Shown: in pieces, positions 11,842-26,931 of the stretch
Layout of the letters: each line of letters starts with the position of its first letter
How positions within the stretch are numbered: position 1 is the stretch's first letter
Assembly: GCA_951406725.2 (NCBI GenBank)
Contig: OX597821.1
Coordinates: forward strand, 59,210,001 to 59,274,000
Direction of reading: 5' to 3'
Length of the DNA stretch: 64,000 nucleotides
Origin: Octopus vulgaris
Lineage: Eukaryota
Made by a program: the position numbers and the translations under genes
Notes under the pieces: generated by a model
What the model saw: the letters and a program-made list of their open reading frames with translations, nothing else
The model's database searches: none
What the model was told of the DNA's origin: nothing

Positions 11842-13631
11842 GGCATCTTTTCTTGGCAACGAGTTCATTGATGTTTGGGGCAAGGTTCTGTATTGTTGAG
11901 ACTATCAGGATGGATTGCAACTGTTCATCTGTGAGATGACTCCTACGTGACGTTTTATTCATCTTCATCATAGAGAGCAGCTGCTCGCACAGATATATGT
12001 TTCCAAACAAAGAAAGCGTTCGAGCTGCATGTAAACGGAGCTGGGGTATTGCTTCAGGTATGAAGTGAGAGTGAACTGTGCGGGCCCCGCAGATTCGTAC
12101 TTTGCTTTTAATGTCCCATTACACTTCAGTTCTATCAGCTCCATTTGAATTTGTACCGGTGCAGTTTCTACATTCGCAGCAAATGGGTTGCGAAGAAGCT
12201 CGAAATTATTTTTCTGTGCTTCAAAGTCACTAAAGCGCCGTGCGAATTCAGAGTGGAGCGCACTCCATTTATCAGCAAAGTGTTGCTTTGGAAACACCGT
12301 GGCGCTGACTTGGCTCAACATTGCTTGGCAACAGGGAAAGTGAGACAAGTTCAATTGGTGCATTTGCGTCTCCCATAAGCGCAGCTTCACATGAAATGCC
12401 TTCACTGCATCATACATATCACAGATCATGTGATTCCGTCCCTGGAGCTGGATGTTTAAAACATTGAGATGTGCAGTTATGTCAACCAGAAACACCAAGT
12501 CGCATTTCCACTTTTCATCTCACAGAACTTTGGATTCTTTTCCTTTACTGTCCATGAACTGACATATCTCCTCAACCAACTCAAAAAATATATTGAAGAC
12601 CTTTTCCCGATTGAGCCACCGCACCTCCATATGATAAGGCACGTCACCGAACTCTGAATGTATTTCCTGCAGGAAAGACTGAAATTGGCGGTGATTTAAA
12701 CCTTTGGCTCGGATAAAGTTTACGGTTTGCGTTACAGTGCTCATTACATGTTCTATTTTTAAAGCTTTAGCGCACCGCGTTTCCTGGTGTATGATGCAGT
12801 GATATGTTGTCAACTAACCAGCGCAGTTCTCTTCTTGCATCTTTAAACGTATCCTACCCACTGGTTCTCTTTTTTCGCTGCACGTTTCCGGTGCCCCATC
12901 TGTAATAAGTCTAACAAGTTTGTCCCAAGGCAGTTTCATGTCGGTTACATTCTGACATATTTAAAAAAAAAAAAAAAACCCCTTTCCTGTTGTTGTCCCG
13001 TGCATCGATTTAATGTCCAAAATTTCCTCCATGACGAACAAATTGGAGTCCACTCCACGGATGAAGTTAGCCAGCCGTGCCATATCAGTCATGCCAGTAG
13101 TCTCATCCACAACAAGAGGTGTGCAACAAAATCTGTTCCTTTTTCAATCAACTAGGTTTTCAAATCAATGGCCATCTCACACACCCGATCAGCGACCGTA
13201 TTTCTGCTAATACTCACATTTGCACACAATTGCTTCTTGACTGGACACCAAACGTCACACATTTTCCTCACGCAGCTCTTCACAAACTCTCTTTCGGTAA
13301 ATGGCCGGGCTGTTTTGCGATCTCCTGTGCCACAAGAAAATTTGTTTTAACGGCAGCTTTACTTTGTGATTTTGCTTTGGTAAAAAAAAGTCTGTTGTAA
13401 TATGAGATTCAACTCGTCTACCTTTCATTGCTTCTGCTCAGCAGTGAGGTATTTATACTTGTCCTGATGTTTTGTCTCGTAGTGGTGTTTGAGATTATAC
13501 TCTTTAAGTACAGCAACATTTGCACCACAATTAAGACACACGGGTTTGCCATCAATGTCAGTAAACATGTACTCGGTTTCCCAAAGGATTTGAAGGGCTT
13601 TGTTTTCAGCATCGACTTTTCTCTTGACCAT
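11841..13631 (-). pseudogene. Degenerate hAT transposase (GTF2IRD2-like), different family from 2724-5633
   Basis: Fragments MVKRKVDAEN...CLNC...EYNLKHHYETKH, VDETT, ITDGAP, HCIIHQE, EVRWL and FGNIYLCEQLLS with multiple frameshifts. The 3' end is lost at a (TAA)n tract and no TIR pair was found. Confidence 0.9.
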
Positions 13632-13909
13632 TGATATAGATAGCTACTACTACTGAATGACGTCACGTGAAAATGATCACCCAAAAGAGTGGTAAAACGG
13701 CTGTTGCGGTGCATAATGGGATTAGTAGATTTTGTGATCATCAGTGCTTCACAACAGGCGATTAGAGAATCGAAGGAAGCGTTTCCTAGCATGCTTTGTT
13801 GCAGTTACAATTAAGATTTGTGACTGTGTTATCATGCCTCTTTAATGTTTTTTTTTGTACAGACAGGGTGTGATAGTTACAGTGGTGTTGTTTCTAGTCG
13901 TGTATTAAA

Positions 13910-14011
<102 letters not shown>

Positions 14012-14209
14012 CAAAAGGGTTTGATTCGGTTCCGTGCTACTTCACATCCCTAAAAGAAGCCCGAATCCTTCAGGCTTCTGGAATGTCGAAGGCGTCGGGG
14101 CCCTGTTAGGGGCCTGCGAAACTTGAAACGGGAACGAATCAAAGTGTTTTGAATGATACATGTAGCTCCTACTAAATGTGTTGAGTGCCCTTTTCTGTTG
14201 TGTGTGTAT

Positions 14210-14250
<41 letters not shown>

Positions 14251-14405
14251 ATCAGCCGAAATTGCGAAGATAATCTGGTACTTGACTGAGGAAAGAAAAC
14301 TTCGAATGAGCCGTCCTTGTTTTCCTTGTATCGTCTATCTGGATGTTTTGTTGCCCCATCTATGTATCACCTAACTGTCCGGATGTTTTGCATTCTTGTC
14401 CCATT

Positions 14406-14436
<31 letters not shown>

Positions 14437-14458
14437 ATACATATATATATATATATAT

Positions 14459-14490
<32 letters not shown>

Positions 14491-14493
<3 letters not shown>

Positions 14494-15250
14494 TGGCGAC
14501 TCCGGCACTCGGGCTGTTCGGGCTCAGCCCGAGTATAAATTTAGTAAAGAGAACGTGTATTTGTAAGCTGATTTAATTTCTACCAACAATGACTTCAAGT
14601 ATGTTATTGAGCCTGGTCGCAGTTTGTTTATTTTCGTTCAGCATCTGGCGGTCATCTTAGAGGTGTCCTATGTCAAAAAAATGCCATTCGTAGCAGATGT
14701 TCTCTCGACATCGTTCACACGCACCTGACTCGAGCTCAGAAGTTACAACCCGAGTTGTTATCTATAACTGTAAAAATTAAAAGTAATTCAAATTCAATGT
14801 TTTCTTAAAACAATAATTTTCTATAGAGTTTAAGATTTAAATTCCAATCCACGAAAAGTTTCCGTTCTGCAATATTCTTAAAGGATTGAAAGATTATCCA
14901 GCAACTCGGGCTAATACGAATGAGCTTGGTAGGCATAAAAGACTAACTGGCATTTCTTGTCAAGAATACAGGCGACAGTCAGATCGCTGATGTTTGTTGT
15001 GCATTCTGCTGCCGTTATTTGATTGCTGTTATTTTGTGAGTCTGTGTGTAAAGATCAGTTGTGTTTTGCAGGGTTGCTTTATTTTTAGCCTTAACTTAGA
15101 AATGGAGAAAGACATAGTGCTAGATACAAATAAATAAATAAATGAATAAGCCATTTGGGACTAGAAAATTTGTGGAAAAGCGTAAAATTCTTCGACAGGC
15201 ATGTGTCTTAGGCAAAATCTGTGATGAGCTCGAGTGATGCTGATAACCTC
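14491..15250 (+). mobile_element. Probable 5' end of a DNA transposon (CAGTGGCG terminus, hAT/Harbinger-like)
   Basis: Begins cagtggcgactccggcactcgggct directly after (TA)n, with repeated ctcgggct/acccgag subterminal motifs. No matching second TIR seen. Confidence 0.35.
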
Positions 15251-15284
15251 GACAAGTCTCTGATATATATGTGTGTGCGTGTAC

Positions 15285-15319
<35 letters not shown>

Positions 15320-15320
<1 letters not shown>

Positions 15321-15660
15321 CGGCCTGGTCCTCCGTCGGTTACGACGACGAGTGTTCTAGTTGATCCGATCAATGGAACAGCTCGCTTGTGAAATTAACA
15401 TTCAAGTGGCTGAGCACTCCATAGACTCGCTTACCCTTAACGTACCCTTAACGAATCTCAGGGAGATTCAGCGTGAAACAGAATGTAACAAGACGGGCCC
15501 TTTGAATTACAGATACACACTCATCTTTGCCAACTGAGTGGACTGCAGCAACATGGAATAAAATGTCTTGCTGAAGGACACAGCACATCGCCAGGAATCG
15601 AACTCATGACCCAACGACCGTGAGTCGAATAACCTTGCCAATAAGCCACGCGCACCTTCA
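15320..15660 (-). mobile_element. tRNA-derived SINE family D
   Basis: Minus-strand head ggtgcgcgtggctta...gagttcgattcctggcg followed by a tgtgtcctt...gcaagaca...ccactcag domain. Homologues at 28655-28925 and, more distantly, 63145-63420. Confidence 0.75.
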
Positions 15661-16167
15661 CAGAGTTAACTTTATATGTCGTAGGTCGATAAAATAAATG
15701 TTAGTCATATACTGAAATCAATTTATTCGACAATACAGTCTTTGTATATTGTCTTCAAGTAAAAAAAAAAAACAGAAGAAATCGTTACCACAACAGTCTT
15801 TGCACTTTAGAACCCCAGAGCCTTCGATACTCTGATTCTCATTAATCCAATAGCCACAAGCAATCTAATTCCTGTCTCACACAGATCCAATATTGGACAA
15901 TATTTCTATTCTTCTTTCTATAATAACATTGATTACCTTTCAAATTCGGCGTTTCAGCACGGTTCGTCCATGGTGAAACGACAAAATATGTGTGTGTATC
16001 CATCCGTGTATGTGTGTGTGTGTATGTGTACATATTTTATTTTTAATCGACAAGAGTTACAGTGACTCATGAGCTGCAAGTTTCATTCATGGCACTTATC
16101 ATTTCATAAGCGCTGGTTACGAGCATTGAGTCAGAAACTTAAGCCGATTAAAGATCGCGCGCGCACG

Positions 16168-16241
<74 letters not shown>

Positions 16242-16370
16242 TTTACACGTGCACACATATATACACTCATTTTCTGAGTTCTATTTGGTTTCCTGTACAG
16301 AGAAATCTCTCAGCAATTATCACACCTGCCACACGGGAACGTTGATACTCGTCTCTATTTCGTATGCATG

Positions 16371-16420
<50 letters not shown>

Positions 16421-16740
16421 TATATAATCTTTTATTCTTTTACTTGTTTCAGTCTTTTGACTGCAGCCATGCTGGAGCACCGCCTTTAGTCGAGCAAATC
16501 GACCCCAGGACTTATTCTTTGTAAGCCTAGTACTTATTCTGTCTGTCTCTTTTGCCGAACCGCTAAGTTACGGGGACGTAATTACACCAACATCGATTGT
16601 CAAGTAATGGTGGTGGTGGGGGACAAACACACACACACACACGCACACACATAAAAAATACATATCTCACGGTGGTGCCAAGTATGGCTGCACTTAGATG
16701 ACTGAAACAAGTAAAAAGATAAAAGATAAACACACACACA

Positions 16741-16985
16741 CATACATACATACATACACACATACATACATACATACATACATACATACATACATACATA
16801 CATACATACATACATACATACATACATACATACTTACACACACATACATACATACATACACACACATACATACATACATACATACATACATACATACATA
16901 CATACATACATACATACATACATACATACGCATAGACAAAGAAGAAGAAGAAGAAGAAGAAGAAGAAGAAGAAGAAGAAGAAGAA
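16741..16985. repeat. (TACA)n followed by (GAA)n microsatellites
   Basis: Direct inspection. Confidence 0.95.
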
Positions 16986-17140
16986 TGTTAACCATCAACG
17001 TCTGAGCGTGTTTCCATTTTGTCGAGGATTTTCCCCTTATCCTGAGACGATCATGAGAACGTATTTGTGTGTATATCCAAGCATATATGTGTATATTACA
17101 ACATAGTTGTCTATGTGTATGTTCATGTATTTACGTACCT

Positions 17141-17202
<62 letters not shown>

Positions 17203-17908
17203 ACAGGCGTAGTTAAAGTGAAGAACTGTGAAAGTCTGAATCAAATTCGTTTTCTTTCTTTTATTTCATTGATGATTCTTCATCTTTATAATCAAAATTA
17301 GATTTCCTATAATTTTCCTTTAAAGAAAGAGATAAGGGGCAAAAAAAAAAACGGAAAAAAGAAAAGAAGAGAAGAGAAAGATAATGGAGACAGGCAAAAA
17401 AATGGAAAATAAGCACCTTTGAAATTGCTTGTAAAAGAATGTTCAATGATGATGATAATGATGATGATGACGACCACGACACCGATGGTGGTGATGGTAG
17501 TGGTGGTGATGGTGGTGATGTGTATGATTAGATGGTGATGATGATGATGGGTGATAGTGGTGGTGGTGGTGATGATAATATATATAAAAAAAATCAAAAA
17601 CGAAAAACAATATGGATCTGTGTCAGCTGTACAAAAAAGAATTGGCACCATTACCTGTAGAAAGCAAAGAATCAATGTTAGAATGACCGTAGATCGGTAC
17701 AACAATAACGATCTTTCAGATTTGGGCAATCGACTTGTATTGATGAATTTGTTCTAACAACTTTCTCTGTAGAGAAACGTATGGAGATTAGATGAGAGAG
17801 AAAAAGAGTGAGAGAGAGAGAGAGAGAGGAGAGGAGAGAAAGAGGGAGATGAAAAGAAGAGTGCAGTTGGAAAAGAGCGATTGGATTAAGGGGTGAAGTG
17901 ATTGGAAC

Positions 17909-17969
<61 letters not shown>

Positions 17970-18605
17970 CGCGCGCGTGAGAGAGAGAGAGGGAGAAAGG
18001 GAGGAAGAGAACGGGAGAGAGAGATGAAAAGATAGAGAGATGGGAAGAAGGGTGAAGTCGAAACAGAAAGAGTGATTGGATGAACGGGTGAAGTGACTGG
18101 AACCAGAGTGAAAAGGCGAAATTAAGAGAGAGAGAGAAAGGGAGAGAGAGAGGGGGAGGGAGGGATATGGAGAATGGAGAAAGAATATCGAATGATCAAA
18201 AACAAAAAAAAACATTGTAAAGAAGATACATTGGGAGTGAGTGAGTGAGAGAGAAAGAGAAACCGAGACAGTGGGAAAGAGCGAGAGAGAGAGAGAGAAG
18301 AAAGAAAGAGAGTGAGTGGGAGAGAAAGCAATGAAATAAATAATTCTTAGAGAAATAGGTAACGTGAAAGAGGAGCATTTGATTCGTAGAAAGAGAAAAC
18401 AAAGAGCAAGGTTCAAATGGTGAAGTGAGAATTTAGTGAGAAAAAAATAGAGTCAAGAGAATGACAGGAAAGCATTAGAAATAAACAATTGGATATATTT
18501 GGTTCTTCGACTAAAAAATTTACTTTGGCATGGCTTGTTTCACGAAAAAGATTTTTTACGATTTTCCTCAGTTTACTGAAAGCGTTAACATCGTGTAAAT
18601 ACATT

Positions 18606-18830
18606 CGAGGCGAAGGGGTGCGGAAAAATTCCTGGATTTAGGTAAAAGAAAATACAGGAAGACCAGCTAATTATGATTTTATTCAACATACTCACTTCTC
18701 AGATTGGCACACCTGTTGCAGCAGTCCTTCAGTTTTTCTAAGCCCTGTAAAAGAACTCGGAAGGGTTGGGCTTCCAACCAGGCCTTTCACAATACCCTTA
18801 ATGCCAGGAAATTTTCAACACCTACCCTTG
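18606..18830. mobile_element. Mariner-derived MITE
   Basis: Degenerate TIRs gaaaaattcctgg and ccaggaaattttca. Same family as 23136-23340, in the opposite orientation. Confidence 0.65.
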
Positions 18831-19091
18831 TGTGTGTGTGTGTATATATATATATGCATGTATGTATGTATGTATGTATGTATGTATGTATGTATGTATG
18901 TATGTATATGTGTGTGTGAGTGTATTTACATATATATATATCTTTTAGTTTTGTTGTTTCAGTCATTAGACTGCGACCACGCCCCGAGGAAGTTTTTGTT
19001 GAATGAATTGACCCCAATATTTTATTCCATCGCTCTTTTGCCGATCCGCTAAGTTACAGGGACATAAACACATCAACACTGGTTATCAAGC

Positions 19092-19500
<409 letters not shown>

Positions 19501-20070
19501 TATATATATATATACCTCTTTTAGGTTTCTTTTAGGCCAAAAGCTAGAATAGAAATAACAGACCGCCAACGAAATTCATTGTTCTCAACAATATGTCTAT
19601 CCTTCTAGCTGGTTTTGGATAGTTATAAAAACAAGAACTCTGTAACCCAAAGTCAGTTAGTGAGAATCGAGTCTGGCTGACCTGCTGAACAAAACGCCAT
19701 CTCTAAAGGAAAAGGCACAAAAGGATAACTATGGTAACTCACCAACGAAGCAGTTGTTTCGTCCTACCACTCTCACTTTCACTAACTCACTTTCTTTTCT
19801 CTGTGACATTACCATATCTTTCTATATATACTACTAAGAGACCGTGTACACACACATACAGGCCGAAATTAACTTTCTTTACCTTGCATGCCTTAGGAAC
19901 TGTGTTATACTATTACACTAACCAACCCGTCGTGGTACGGCATTATATTAATGTAACGGTAAATAAATATTTCTTTACAACTTCGATCGCTCTTCGTCAT
20001 CTTTCATATTTTACTACATGCCGTTACAAAAATACCAATCGTTACACACACACACACATATATATATACA

Positions 20071-20101
<31 letters not shown>

Positions 20102-20542
20102 ATTTGAAGAAAGTCTTTTTTATGTGAAAATCTTAAAAAAAAACAGAACGACACGAACTTTTTGGAAATAAGGTTGTTTCCAGATGAATGGTGTGTGTTT
20201 GAAAATGACAGAAGATCCAGCTATTTTTCTGGTCTTGAATTTTAAAATGGTGTTCTAACTGTTGCCCCCATTGCATTAAAATCTTTCATAGCTTTTGTTG
20301 AACTCTCTCAGTTTTGAAGTCGATTATTATTCCTTTTCGCGCAGGCATGGCTGTGTGGTAAGAAGTTTGCTTTCCAACCACAAGAATTCGGGTTCAGTTC
20401 TACTGCGTGGCACCTTTGCCAGGTCTCTTCTACTAAAGCATAGGACCGACTAAATCCTTTCGAATGGATTTGGTAGATGGAAACTGAAAGAAGCCCGTCG
20501 TATACATGCGCGCGCACGCACGCACGCGCACACATACACACA

Positions 20543-20607
<65 letters not shown>

Positions 20608-21175
20608 GTGTGTGTCTTTGTGTCGCCCACAACTGCTTGACAACCTGTGTTAATGTGTTTACGTCCCCGTAACTTAGCAGTTTGGCAAAAGCGTCCGATT
20701 GAATAAGTACTGGGCTTAAAATAAAAAAAGAACTGGAATCGATTCGACTAGAATTCTTCAAGGCAGTGCACCAGCATGGCCGCAGTCTAATGACTGTATC
20801 AAGTAAAATAAAAAATCAAAAATCAATCGACTTCCTTCTCATTGTCCGAGACCGGTCGATCTCATTAATGATGGAGTGAAATGAAAGGAAAATAAAGAAA
20901 AACGAAATGACCATGCTGGAGTAATATTTCTGTAGTCTTTCATCTTTCGCTTCTTTCAGTCATTGAACTGCGGCCATGCTTGGCCACTGTCTTGAATGCC
21001 TTTAATCGAACAAATCGACCCCAGTACTTTATGTTAAGTTTTGTATTTATTTTATCGGTCACTATTGTCGAACCGATTAGTTACGAGGATGTAAACAAAC
21101 GAACATCAGTCGTCAACCGGTGGTTGAGACAAACACAAAGACACACATACTTACACACACACACAAACTCACGCG

Positions 21176-21212
<37 letters not shown>

Positions 21213-21213
<1 letters not shown>

Positions 21214-21337
21214 TATTCCTTTCTGTTGGAGAGCGTAGACTCGAAACGTAAAAGACTTTTTCATTTTTCCGAGCGCCAAACTAATATGCTTACTTTTTCA
21301 TACACCTGTCTTCGTCTTTTGTTTTTCTATAAATTTC

Positions 21338-21340
<3 letters not shown>
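21213..21340 (+). mobile_element. Penelope-like pseudo-LTR (family P1) with degenerate hammerhead at 21219-21254, nested in a SINE A microsatellite
   Basis: CUUU-CUGUUGG-A-GAG(CGUAGA)CUC-GAAAC-GUA-AAAG. Homologous to 54530-54687. Confidence 0.65.
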
Positions 21341-21407
<67 letters not shown>

Positions 21408-22961
21408 ATACATACGGTGATCTCTTTCAGTTTCTGTCTACCGAATTCACTCACAAAGCATTGATGAGGTCGGGGCCTATAGTTGAAGGCACTTATCTAA
21501 GCTACCGCGCAATGTAACTGAACCCGAAACTACATGGTTGCAAAGTGAGCTTCTTAACCATACACCCATGTCAGCACAACATAATGCAAAGAGGGTTTTT
21601 TTTTTTTTTGTTTACAAAATCTATCTTGTCTTAGATTAGTTATAACTGATATAGGCATTCACTCCTGACCAACACTCTTTCCATTACTGAAGTCGCCATA
21701 AATATCCCTCAACGAGGACGTGAGTCTCTTTTAACACCGCTAGGACAAAATCAATACACATATAAGACATATAAAGAAAGCAGTCTTGTACTTCAGATGC
21801 TAATTCAACTTCATAGGCTAATGAGTTCTTACGGTGCTTTCACTTATATAACCTACCCAAATATGCATTCTAAAGACTAATCCTTTTTTTTTAAGCCTAG
21901 AAAATAATTAATCTGTGATCAACGATATGCATTGGTGTATGTAGTATAATACAGCTGCTATACATCCAAACATCATAGATTACATTAAAAAAACTTTAAC
22001 TAGGAAACACACTACAACCACTGGTTCCTAGACATGCGGCATTTGTTCAAACTTTTCATCACTACGACAATGACCGTGTCGCTGATATTTAGGGCTTCGA
22101 CTCACTCGACTCTCGGCATCCCAAATGTTCCCCACGTTTCCAGATCTCCCTCTAAAAACTTTCTCCAGTCAAAATCACTCCAGTGATGCAATCGTCTGCA
22201 ATTCCCTATTTTTAGACTTCAAACTGCGTGATCTTGAATTGAGAATTAACTGCATTGATCGAAGATTTGCAAACGCATGGCGTTTCTGTCATCTCTCAAG
22301 GTCAACTACTTACAAGAAAGAAAAACTGTCACCATAAATAAACTGCTGTTGCACACACAGAGGCATCTGTTTCAGGAAAAAGTCTTGCAACCGAACACTT
22401 TTCACTTTTATGCTATAATTCTACTGAATTTTGCCAACATAAAACATAGTTATCTACAGTCTTTTTCCCAAGAATTTGCTTTTGATTGTGTTTTTCTGTT
22501 TTTTTTCTTTCTTTTTGTGTGTGTTTCCTAGTTTGATGAATCGAATCACCTTTGTGAGAAGGAGTGTGACAACGATGAAGTGTCAGGTTAGCTGCAGAAA
22601 ATGATGGAGAACAAGATAAAGTTTCAGTTAAATGACATGCGACGGTGTGGGCGGAAGAAAGCCTTGTGAATATTAGATTAGAGCATTGCATTGCTTTATG
22701 AGAAGATTGTGTTAAAAGAAAAGGGTTTTTTTTCCCCTTCTTATTGCGCTTAGCTTAAAAACGTACATAACAAACATAGATGCATACTTACGCATATATT
22801 CTTTTATTCTTTTACGTTTCAGCCATAAGGCTGTGACCATGCTGGAGCACCGCCACTGTAATCACCCCTTCAACGCCTAATTTTATGTGATAGGCTTTTG
22901 TTGGAGGAAATCCAACACTGCTGCCCTCTTTTGAGTCTCCTGCCAGTTTTTGCTAGAAAAA

Positions 22962-22999
22962 CTGTCTGATGAACGGCAACGAGAAACTCAGAGTAACAG
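22962..22999 (+). ncRNA. Minimal hammerhead motif in a Penelope-like pseudo-LTR (about 22875-23103)
   Basis: CUGU-CUGAUGA-ACG(GCAA)CGA-GAAA-CUC(A)GAG-UA-ACAG. Downstream AATAAA, then the element ends at (TA)n. Confidence 0.75.
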
Positions 23000-23101
23000 A
23001 TTTTGTTGAATTTTCTGCTGCTTTAAATAAAGCATATTACTCTACCACTGGTATTTGAGTACTCTTTTTTCCACCTTGTTTCACATTTATGTGTTTACTC
23101 C

Positions 23102-23135
<34 letters not shown>

Positions 23136-23136
<1 letters not shown>

Positions 23137-23339
23137 GAGGGGGAGCTGAAAGATGTGAAAAGTTCCTGGCTTTAAGGGTGTCGCGAAAGGCCTGCCTGAT
23201 GACCCAATCTTCCGAGTTCTTTTACAGGGCTGCAGTAAGTGTGTGAATCTGAGAGAGGAATATGTCGAATAAGATCATAATCATCTGCCCCTCCTGTATT
23301 TTCTTTTACCCAAATCCAGGAACTTTTCAGCCTACCTTC

Positions 23340-23340
<1 letters not shown>
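23136..23340. mobile_element. Mariner-derived MITE
   Basis: TA then cgagggggagctgaaa...gttcctgg, ending ccaggaacttttcagcctaccttcg. Confidence 0.75.
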
Positions 23341-23380
<40 letters not shown>

Positions 23381-24019
23381 TCTCTCTATGTATATGTATG
23401 TATGTGTATGGTGTGGTGGTGGTGGTGGTGGTGGTGTGTGTGTGTAAGGACAAGCAAATTAGGCAAGTCGCTATACAAAAAATATTAAATACATTTTATA
23501 CAAAAATGTACATATGTATATATATATAAAAAAAAAGTCCGACTTATACAGAATGGAAATAATATCAGGAATTAAGTGGGTTGAGTAGGAGTTTTATGAG
23601 TGCAACAGCTGTTTCTGGGGGCTTGGTGGTCCAAAATAATGCCTGTAACTTGATTCCATCATCAGATATGCGTCTTCAGAAAAGAATTTTATATTTGAGG
23701 TGTTGACAGAATGTAAAATTCTTCCTCGAAGACGGAGGCTGGCGGTATTAGCTTTCATAAGCATTGTCAGTGCAAACCTGCTTTTGACATGTGACAGCAA
23801 TAGTTTATCGTTTACCTGTTTCAATCATTGGGCAGCGACCAAACTGCGGCAGCGTCTTGATGGGTTTAACCAAACCACTCAGTCCCACTACATATTTTTA
23901 AGCTTGGTACTTAATTCTGTGAATTTCTTTCGCCGAACCGCTAAGTTACGGGAGTGTAAACAGACCAACACCGCTTGTCAAATAGTAGTTGGAGATAAAC
24001 ACAAGCACAAGGACACACA

Positions 24020-24088
<69 letters not shown>

Positions 24089-25521
24089 GTATGTATTCTT
24101 ACGAAAGGCTTCCAAACAGTTTCCGTCCAGCAACTTCTCTTACAAGGCGTTGGTCAGCCAAGTGCTATAGTGGAAGATACTTGCCTAAGGTGCCGCGGCG
24201 TGGAAATGAACCCAAAACTACGTACTTGCAAATCAGCTTCTTAATTACACAGGCCATAGTAATTTACATAAGTTATAAAACTAAATGAGTTTAAAGAAAT
24301 AACTCAAGTGGGCCAGTTGCATAAATTCAGATAAATAATCTAAGGGACGCCGCATTCAATGACGTACACAGAAAATTCTTCAATCATTTGCTGTTGAAAC
24401 TTTCCTCTTATTTAGGGAAAGAAAGAAGAACCTAACGGTAAATGTTGACCACTCTCAATGAAAAAGGAGAGATAATTTTGTTTGACACCATCTTCTATCA
24501 TATTATACAGAAAACAGAGACATGCCAGAAAATGCATTATCAAGAGTGCGAAAGGTTTCTAAAAAACTTGAAATGGGAAGGCATATTACGAAATAGATAT
24601 GTTTTGGTGGTCAGAGAACAATAATCTCAATTAGCGACCAACGGAGCCGACTAATAACCAGATATATTCAAAGGTGGAGGCATTGTTTATAAAGATAATA
24701 AAACAAAGATAAACACTTAGGCGTGGACTTGGCTTTGCTGTGTGGGTAAGAAGTTCGCTTTCCAACGTTGTGTCTTCTACTATAGCACCGAGACGACTAA
24801 AGCCTTGGGAGTAAATTTGGTAGACAGAAACTGTGTGGAAGCCCATCGTACATGTGTGTGTATGTGCTTCCCATCACCGCTTGACAACCGGTGTTGGTAT
24901 GTTTTTGTCCATGCTATTCAGAGTAATGTACCTTATCGGATTCCCATTTCAATTTTCCTAGAAGCCTTTCGCAAATTATCGGTTCGGCAAAAGAGACATA
25001 TAGAATAAGTACCAGGCTTTAAAGCAAGGATCGATTGGTTCGACTACACCCACCCCCTGCTCCAAAAAAAAAATGGATTCTTGGGTGGTGCCCCAGTATA
25101 GCGTAGTCCAATGACTGAAGCGAGTAAAAGATAAAAGACCTCATTAAAAATTGATCTTAATTTGGAAATTTATGGCGATGACTCATTATTTCGTTGATGG
25201 CTCAATTTCCATGCATTTGAAGTTTTCATGAGAGAAAACTCTGTTGTTTGGCTGACATTGTAGACCAAATGATAACAAGTTTCTAATATGAGGGAATTGC
25301 ATGATATAATTTGCCAGCTTTTACAAATTCTGTAGCATCTGCCTCGTTTCAACGAACTTGGTTTTCCTAGCAACACAATTGTGTCTTCTGTCAAGAATGA
25401 CACACAAAGAGGAAACTAAATTCTCTGGCTACAAACCAGATAAAACTGAATGTTGCAGTCGTGAAATTTACTTCCTCAAAGAACTTCGGCGTATCCAAAC
25501 AGGTTGGGTGGTAAATTAATT

Positions 25522-25623
<102 letters not shown>

Positions 25624-25899
25624 AATAATGATAATAATAATAATGGTTTCTTTTATTGGCCACAAGGGCTCAAAACATGAAGGAGAATATGAAAGGACGA
25701 ATTATAACACACAAAAGCAAAACGAGTGGTGTTTACGTCAATCAAAGGGAGACACTACCACATTAAAGAATGTAATAAAGGATATCGAAATAGAATTTAG
25801 AGAAATAAATAGAATATAGGGAAATTTAGAGAAATGAAAAAAAAAAAAAGAAGCGGGGTAGCCCACTTAAGTTAATTCAGGGTAAACCGAATAATAATA

Positions 25900-26416
25900 C
25901 TTTCTGCTATAAACGCAAGGCCTGAAATTTTGGGGGAGGGGGCTAAGTCGATTACATCGACCCCAGTTCTCAACTGGTACTTAATTTATCGACTCCGAAA
26001 GGATGAAAGGCAAAGGCGACCTCGGCGGAATTTGAACTCAGAACGTAGCGGTAGACGAAATACCTATTTCTATTTCTTTACTACCCACAAGGGGCTAAAC
26101 ACAGAGAGGACAAACAAGGTCAGACAAACGGATTAAGTCGATTACATCGATCCCAGTGCGTAACTGGTACTTAATTTATCGACTTCGAAAGGATGAAAGG
26201 CAAAGTCGACCTCGGCGGAATTTGAACTCAGAACGTAACAGCAGACGAAATCACGCTAAGTATTTCGCCCGGCGTGCTAACGTTTCTGCCGGCTCGCCGC
26301 CTTATATCTAATTCTTTACTACCCACAAGGGGTAAACACAGAGGGGACAAACAAGGACAGACAAACGGATTACATCGACCCCGGCGTGCTAATGTTTCTG
26401 CCAGCTCTCCGCCTTA
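25900..26416 (-). mobile_element. Multimeric SINE B array
   Basis: Two to three tandem SINE B units. Inverted relative to the dimer at 27691-28104. Confidence 0.85.
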
Positions 26417-26421
26417 GCAAG

Positions 26422-26492
<71 letters not shown>

Positions 26493-26931
26493 GTTTTATA
26501 ATTTCGACTGTTTTACTCTCTTGGAATGAATGACATCCTGTAATTGAAATTTTTCTGCACATATTTCACAATGAGCGCAGGCATAGCTATGCAGTTAAGA
26601 AGCTCGCCTTTGCAGTTACGTGGTTTGGGAATTCAGTTCCACTTCTCGGCACCTTAGGCAAGTGTCTTCTAGTATAGGCACGGGGTGACCAATACCTTGT
26701 GAGTGAATTTGCTATACGGAAACTCCTAGGAAATCCGTCGTGTGTGTGCGTGCGTGCGTGCGCGCGCCTTTGCATTTGTCCCTCGTCGCTGACTGACAAC
26801 CGGTGTTGGTTTGTTTACGTCTCCGTAACTTAGCGGCGAAAGAGACTGATAGAATAAAAACCAGATTTAAAGAGACATACGTAGTGGAGTCATTTTATTC
26901 GACCAATCTCTTGAAGGCATTACCCCAGCAC

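Noticed and set aside
14250-14410. ctgaggaaagaaaacttcgaa as a hammerhead (related (TA)n-flanked element at 1-188)
   Set aside because: Stems I and III and the GAAA-UH core cannot be completed. Probably a repeat end, but not supportable as a ribozyme.
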